From assembly GCA_040220235.1 (NCBI GenBank), contig JAVJTO010000006.1: a stretch of 64,000 nucleotides of DNA; one strand, written 5' to 3'. Within the stretch, counting starts at the first letter, position 1, and every line of letters starts with the position of its first letter. The notes below the pieces were generated by a model. The model did not search any database. It was not told where the DNA came from and was given only the letters and a program-made list of their open reading frames with translations. The stretch is from Coleofasciculus sp. B1-GNL1-01. GTDB taxonomy: Bacteria > Cyanobacteriota > Cyanobacteriia > Cyanobacteriales > Coleofasciculaceae. The position numbers were made by a program, and so were the translations under genes. Below, in pieces: positions 61,467 to 64,000 of this stretch.

Positions 61467-62072
61467 TTACACAGTGGTTAGCATGGCGATCGCGTCCAGT
61501 AATACGTCGAAGGAACCGACTTCAAAGACGAGGATAATATCGCCGCGAATCTGAAGTTGTTCGATAAAAAATTGGGTTTGGGCTAACAGGATAGTATTAT
61601 CCTGCTGATTGTCGCCGACGTTGATTAAGTTTTCGACAGTATCCTCGATGTAGCTGGGAATGGCATAGTCAAGGCGTTGATTGAGGACGTTACTAATTGA
61701 CCCAATCACGCTGTTGATTAAGATATTGCCAATCTCACTTAACGTACCAATGCGAACGGCGTCTAAATCCGGTGTTCCTAATTCTTCACCCGTGAGAACA
61801 GCGGCGAGAATCGAAGCACTATCGGTGGGAAAAACTAACTCCGCTAAACCCGAAAAAGATCCAGAGAAGTCTTGGCGAACTGCTGCAACTTGTTCCCCAC
61901 CGAGGCGAGTTTCCATTTCAGATTGAAAATCCAGAGGCGACCCAATTTTAATATAGGGAACTTGGAGGCGAATCGGGGCTTCCAGCATTTCATTCAGGAC
62001 GCTAGCCGCCCGACCGACACCAATATTAACGATTTCTTGGATCGCATCAATTTGATCGGGAGTTAAGTTCAT
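61467..62072 (-). CDS. CheC-family phosphatase-like protein
   Basis: Two E-x2-N...P motifs (DAIQEIVNIG...VP and TLSEIGNIL...IP). ATGA overlap with the upstream response regulator. Confidence 0.88.
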   Translation of the reverse strand: MNLTPDQIDAIQEIVNIGVGRAASVLNEMLEAPIRLQVPYIKIGSPLDFQSEMETRLGGEQVAAVRQDFSGSFSGLAELVFPTDSASILAAVLTGEELGTPDLDAVRIGTLSEIGNILINSVIGSISNVLNQRLDYAIPSYIEDTVENLINVGDNQQDNTILLAQTQFFIEQLQIRGDIILVFEVGSFDVLLDAIAMLTTV

Positions 62073-62443
62073 ACAGTCTCCTGAGGACAAGCTAAGATTT
62101 CACCCATAACGCGACGTAATTCGGCTTCTTTGGGGGGTTTATTAATAAAGCCTGATCCACCTAACTCGCGACAACGCTGGCGCACATTTTCTTGAATATC
62201 GGCTGTGATCACAATGACGGGGGTATTAATTTGGCGATCGCGCAAGGCGGTAAGGAGTTGAAAGCCATCCATAACGGGCATGAGCATATCGGTTAAGATA
62301 CAGTCGGGTTGATGTGCGATCGCCATATCCAGTCCTTCTTGTCCGTTGGTGGCTTCTAAGGTTCCATGTCCGTCAGCAACAAGAGTTTTTCTGATCATCC
62401 GTCGGGTAAAGGCGGCGTCATCAACGATTAGAATTAGTGCCAT
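62069..62443 (-). CDS. Single-domain CheY-like response regulator
   Basis: ILIVDD, ILTDMLMP, ITAD, INKP; GAGG RBS. Confidence 0.93.
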   Translation of the reverse strand: MALILIVDDAAFTRRMIRKTLVADGHGTLEATNGQEGLDMAIAHQPDCILTDMLMPVMDGFQLLTALRDRQINTPVIVITADIQENVRQRCRELGGSGFINKPPKEAELRRVMGEILACPQETV

Positions 62444-62560
62444 GAGTTTCCTCTATTTGGGTTACAGTTCTTTCAAGTCAAACAGTTGATTGAATGAAGT
62501 TAGCAAGTAGGTTGGGTTGAGGTACGAAACCCAACTCTCAACGAATCTGTACAGTTTATC

Positions 62561-62619
62561 AGGGCGGGTTTAGTAACATAAGGATGAAAAAACACGATAA
62601 TAGTGAAACTCGCCCCTAC
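62561..62619. repeat. REP-like palindromic element
   Basis: AGGGCGGGTTT...AAACTCGCCCCTAC. Confidence 0.8.
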
Positions 62620-62888
62620 TCATCAAAACCGTTTCATCCTTGTCTTTTATTGTCTAGGGAATGTCCGAGAATGTCATTCGGTGAAATCACGGATCTTTCT
62701 CATCCAGCCTTCTCAAGTTGGGTGGGATCACCGATAGCAGCGTTCCCTGCGCCAAGATAGACTCGGTTTAGTGGCGAAACTCAGTGAAATTGAATCCCAA
62801 TGACTTCCGCCGTATTTTTCTTGAAATAATTCCTGTCAGCTTTAACCATTAACGTCCCAGACTACATGTAAGCCATTACTTAACTATC

Positions 62889-64000
62889 ATGGATGAAGAT
62901 ATCAAAGCCTTTTTGGTAGAAAGCTACGAGAATATTAGCCAGATTGAGACGGATCTAGTCACGTTAGAGAAAAATCCAACTAATCAAGATTTACTCGAAG
63001 GAATTTATCGTTCCTTACATACAATTAAAGGAAACTGCGGCTTCATGGCGTTTCCCACTCTAGAAGCCCTTACCCACAGTGGTGAAAACTTACTCAGTTG
63101 TCTGCGAGATGGACAATTGCAGCTAAATGCAGAGATTACCAGCAGCTTGCTACAACTCTTAGACGCCATGCAGCAAATCTGCGCCCAGATAGACGCGATC
63201 GGACAAGAAGGCGATGTTGACTATTCTGGCTTAATTCAGACTTTAAATCAACTGCAATCTAGAGATACGGGAGATGAGGGCGGGTTTTGTACAAACGTTA
63301 CCATTAATAGCCAAAAGGAAATCCCTAAACCCGCCCCGACAAATCCTGAAGGGTCAAAACTTCCCTGCGATCGCGAGGAGTTGATGTCGGCGTTGACAAC
63401 CCCAAATACCGTTAAGTCAATCCGAGTCGATATTAATCTTTTGGATAAGTTGATGAATTTGGTGGGAGAATTGGTGTTAGTTCGCAATCAGATTCAACAA
63501 TTCTCCACGCTGCAAGATGAAACCGCCTTTGTTACCACCTCCCAGCAATTAAACCGACTGACAACAGAGTTGCAAGAAGGGGTCATGAAAACCCGAATGC
63601 AGCCGATTAGTACAATTACGCGCAAGTTTCCCAGGGTAGTTCGGGATGTGGCGATCGCGACAGAAAAACAAGTGCAATTGGAGATAGAGGGAGAAGAGAC
63701 GGAACTAGATAAAACGATTATTGAAGCGATTAAAGATCCCTTAACGCATCTACTCCGTAATTGTGTGGATCATGGGATTGAATCCCCAGAGGTACGTCAA
63801 ACTCAGGGGAAACCCGCCACAGGGCGATTACGTCTGCAAGCCTTCCATGAAAGTGGGTATGTAACCATTGAAATTTCCGATGATGGGGCGGGAATTGATT
63901 CAGAACGCTTGAAACAAAAAGCGTTAAGTTTAGGCTTAATTACGCCGAATCAAGCCAATCGCTTAAGTGATACCGACGCCCTCAATTTAATCTTTCTTCC
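62889..64000 (+). CDS. cheA: Chemotaxis histidine kinase CheA, 5' part (runs off the window end)
   Basis: Manual translation: MDEDIKAFLVESYEN...IYRSLHTIKGNCGF (Hpt), SIRVDINLLDKLMNLVGELVLVRNQ, RMQPI, DPLTHLLRNCVDHGIE, DDGAGI. Not in the ORF track because it is open-ended. Confidence 0.96.
   Translation, partial: MDEDIKAFLVESYENISQIETDLVTLEKNPTNQDLLEGIYRSLHTIKGNCGFMAFPTLEALTHSGENLLSCLRDGQLQLNAEITSSLLQLLDAMQQICAQIDAIGQEGDVDYSGLIQTLNQLQSRDTGDEGGFCTNVTINSQKEIPKPAPTNPEGSKLPCDREELMSALTTPNTVKSIRVDINLLDKLMNLVGELVLVRNQIQQFSTLQDETAFVTTSQQLNRLTTELQEGVMKTRMQPISTITRKFPRVVRDVAIATEKQVQLEIEGEETELDKTIIEAIKDPLTHLLRNCVDHGIESPEVRQTQGKPATGRLRLQAFHESGYVTIEISDDGAGIDSERLKQKALSLGLITPNQANRLSDTDALNLIFL
63277..63340. 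repeat. REP-like element, in frame in the CheA linker
   Basis: 57/64 identical by my count to intergenic 37735-37798; encodes EGGFCTNVTINSQKEIPKPAPT. Confidence 0.9.

Overview
A 64-kb chromosomal segment from a cyanobacterium: it has psaK, a CYP110-type P450 and a Uma2 protein, GCGATCGC (HIP1) is frequent, and heptamer and nonamer short tandem repeats are abundant. A large-genome filamentous lineage is my inference. Housekeeping genes (alaS partial, dnaG, map, trpF, psaK, a Trk/Ktr K+ uptake pair, an Omp85 protein, a GH38 alpha-mannosidase) alternate with accessory blocks. These blocks are: (i) two tandem signal-peptide HEAT-repeat genes facing a P-loop ATPase plus STAND-WD40 pair; (ii) a decayed C39-like peptidase with a coupled partner ORF; (iii) a small divergent regulator cassette followed by a four-gene defence-like operon (HsdS, an HsdM-like N6-MTase with an extra C-terminal domain, an ABC-type ATPase and an HNH nuclease) with no hsdR, which is the best candidate for an undescribed system; (iv) an HTH-AAA_35-pseudo-cyclase gene; (v) a CheY-CheC-PAS kinase-PAS hybrid kinase run divergent from a partial cheA. 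The DNA is dense with REP-like palindromes and MITEs, several nested in each other and several sitting in frame inside proteins. No rRNA, tRNA, CRISPR array, integrase or transposase was recognised. All family calls come from reading motifs by eye; no database searches were run.
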